A stretch of 64,000 bases of DNA, taken from Vitrella brassicaformis CCMP3155 (Eukaryota > Protista > Chromerida). The notes beneath the pieces are model-generated. The model worked only from the letters and a program-made list of their open reading frames with translations. It ran no database searches and was not told where the DNA came from. Position numbers and translations under genes: made by a program. The stretch lies in the NCBI GenBank assembly GCA_001179505.1, contig CDMY01000831.1:189004-253003 (forward strand), given 5' to 3'. Of the stretch, positions 62,508-64,000 are shown one piece after another (the first letter of the stretch is position 1; every line of letters starts with the position of its first letter).

Positions 62508-63862
62508 GAGACGACTGCAGGTTCGGTCTGACTATTATGCGCTTCCTTCTTGACTGCCGGTGATGTGTGCTGGGCTGCATGTTTGCCAGTCAGGTCGGCT
62601 TCGTGTGTTGGCTGTAGAATGGTGCAGAGGGATGGAGGGGGGTGCTCTCATGTGTGTTTGGCGTGGGGTGGACTACTTGATCTGCATGTCTCGTGCATGA
62701 ATGCGTTTGCTGGACTTGTTGAGACACAAAGCATCGAAAGCTGAAGGATGTCTGTACGATCAGCCTCTCTCCTTTGTCGGCGTATCCGTCTGGCTACCAT
62801 TCATTCAGTCAAGCACGCCATGTATAAGTGTTTACATATGAGCCCGCACACAAATGACAGACACACACCCCATTGATTCGCACGCGTGTGCAGTACTCAT
62901 GGGGGTGGGCATTGTCCTCACCGGCATTATCGTCGTCATGTGTCAAAGCAAACCCGACACATCAATGACGACACATCAATGACGGCAGCAAAGTGTGCGA
63001 GGTATGTCTGCACATGACAGGCAGACGGATGGACGGACGGACAGATGGATGGATGGATGTGGGTGTGGCTGTTGGTATGGTTGGTGTGTTCATCAGCTGT
63101 GTCGACATCAGTTTGCTCACAAGCAGCTCCTCAATCCTAACTGCAACGTACTCTACAGGCATCCACACACGCGTGCATTCTTTGTGTGTCAGTCGATCGT
63201 GTGTGTCGTTCCTTCAGGTTCACTTAGCGATGTGGATGTATTTCGTTTCAGCGCCCCAATGCCCTGCTTGCAAGAGACAAGCCAATACCACTATCAAGCA
63301 ACGGCAAGGAAATGGTGAGAGAGGAAGGAACAACGGAGGTAACGAACACACAACGAGTTACCTTGTGTGTGTGAGTGTGTGTTTGTATCATTTAGGACAT
63401 CAAGTGTATGGGCGAACGGGCGTTCGTTCAAAGCTCAGGGCGAAAGTGGGAGAATGGCGAAGGGACTAGCTATTTACGAAGTAACTGTCGTACTGGGGCT
63501 CAGGGAGGTGTGTGTATGTAGATTGTCTGTTGACCTGATGATTGGGCTACAGATGGATTCTCTGTGTCTCTCTCTTGGTTGTATTGTGTGTCGACGCTCA
63601 CCTTCTTCATTTTCTTCGTTTACTGCTGAATGCGCAATGGACGCTGTGCGTGTGTCTGTGCGACACATACTGTTTCTATGTCTGTGTGGGCGGGAAGGAG
63701 AAAGAGAGAAATATGCGATGTTCGCTTCGGTTTGGTGTGCTTTTGTATGCTGATGTGCTGACTCTCTGCTGCCAGAAGGAGATCTTACACATAGAGTGCT
63801 GATCATCGCTCTCTAAGTTAAGTGGCCATGAGCGGCTAACAGACAGATACTGATACACATAC

Positions 63863-64000
63863 TAGGGTTTAGGGTTTAGGAATTAGGGTTTAGGGTTTAG
63901 GGTTTAAGGTTTAGGGTCTAGGGTTTAGGGTTTAGGGCTTAGGGTTTAGGGTTTAGGGTTTAGGGTTTAGGGTTTAGGGTTTAGGGTTTAGGGTTTAGGG
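63863..64000 (+). repeat. Telomeric repeat (TTTAGGG)n, G-rich strand running 5'->3' toward the end
   Basis: Tandem tttaggg to the window end, with proximal variants (aattaggg, tttaagg, tctaggg, cttaggg) and a pure distal tract. Confidence 0.97.

Noticed and set aside
62956-62983. 14-bp direct duplication gacacatcaatgac as a transposon footprint
   Set aside because: Isolated, with no element remnants; replication slippage suffices.
1-64000. Autonomous mobile elements, rRNA or tRNA genes
   Set aside because: No reverse transcriptase, transposase, Rep/helicase or structured RNA signatures were recognised by eye; a covariance-model scan was not possible.

Overview
Intron-rich, GC-rich eukaryotic chromosome end terminating in a (TTTAGGG)n telomere at 63863-64000. 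Short introns filled with (GT)n/(CTGT)n, the gene content and the plant-type telomere suggest a chromerid alveolate, most likely Vitrella brassicaformis (inferred, not database-checked). Recognisable genes: UCP-like mitochondrial carrier, ZCCHC9-like zinc-knuckle protein, mitochondrial HPR-type helical-repeat protein, PH-domain protein, PUB-domain protein, coiled-coil/C1q-like protein, multi-TM MORN-like/DUF900 hydrolase, UCH37/UCHL5, and two lineage-specific multicopy-family genes. The most striking content is a five-member subtelomeric family (A 1132-5213 -, B 26204-29975 +, D 30426-34182 +, E 39870-43597 -, C 46501-50257 -) of predicted receptor-like E3 ligases: signal peptide, ARM/HEAT-like ectodomain, one TM helix, disordered tail, C-terminal RING. 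The members are mosaics of one another, two carry compensated frameshifts, and three have altered or lost RING ligands. A second accessory feature is a scrambled tandem array of PH-domain exons at 11855-14084. All gene models were assembled by eye, so exon boundaries are approximate.
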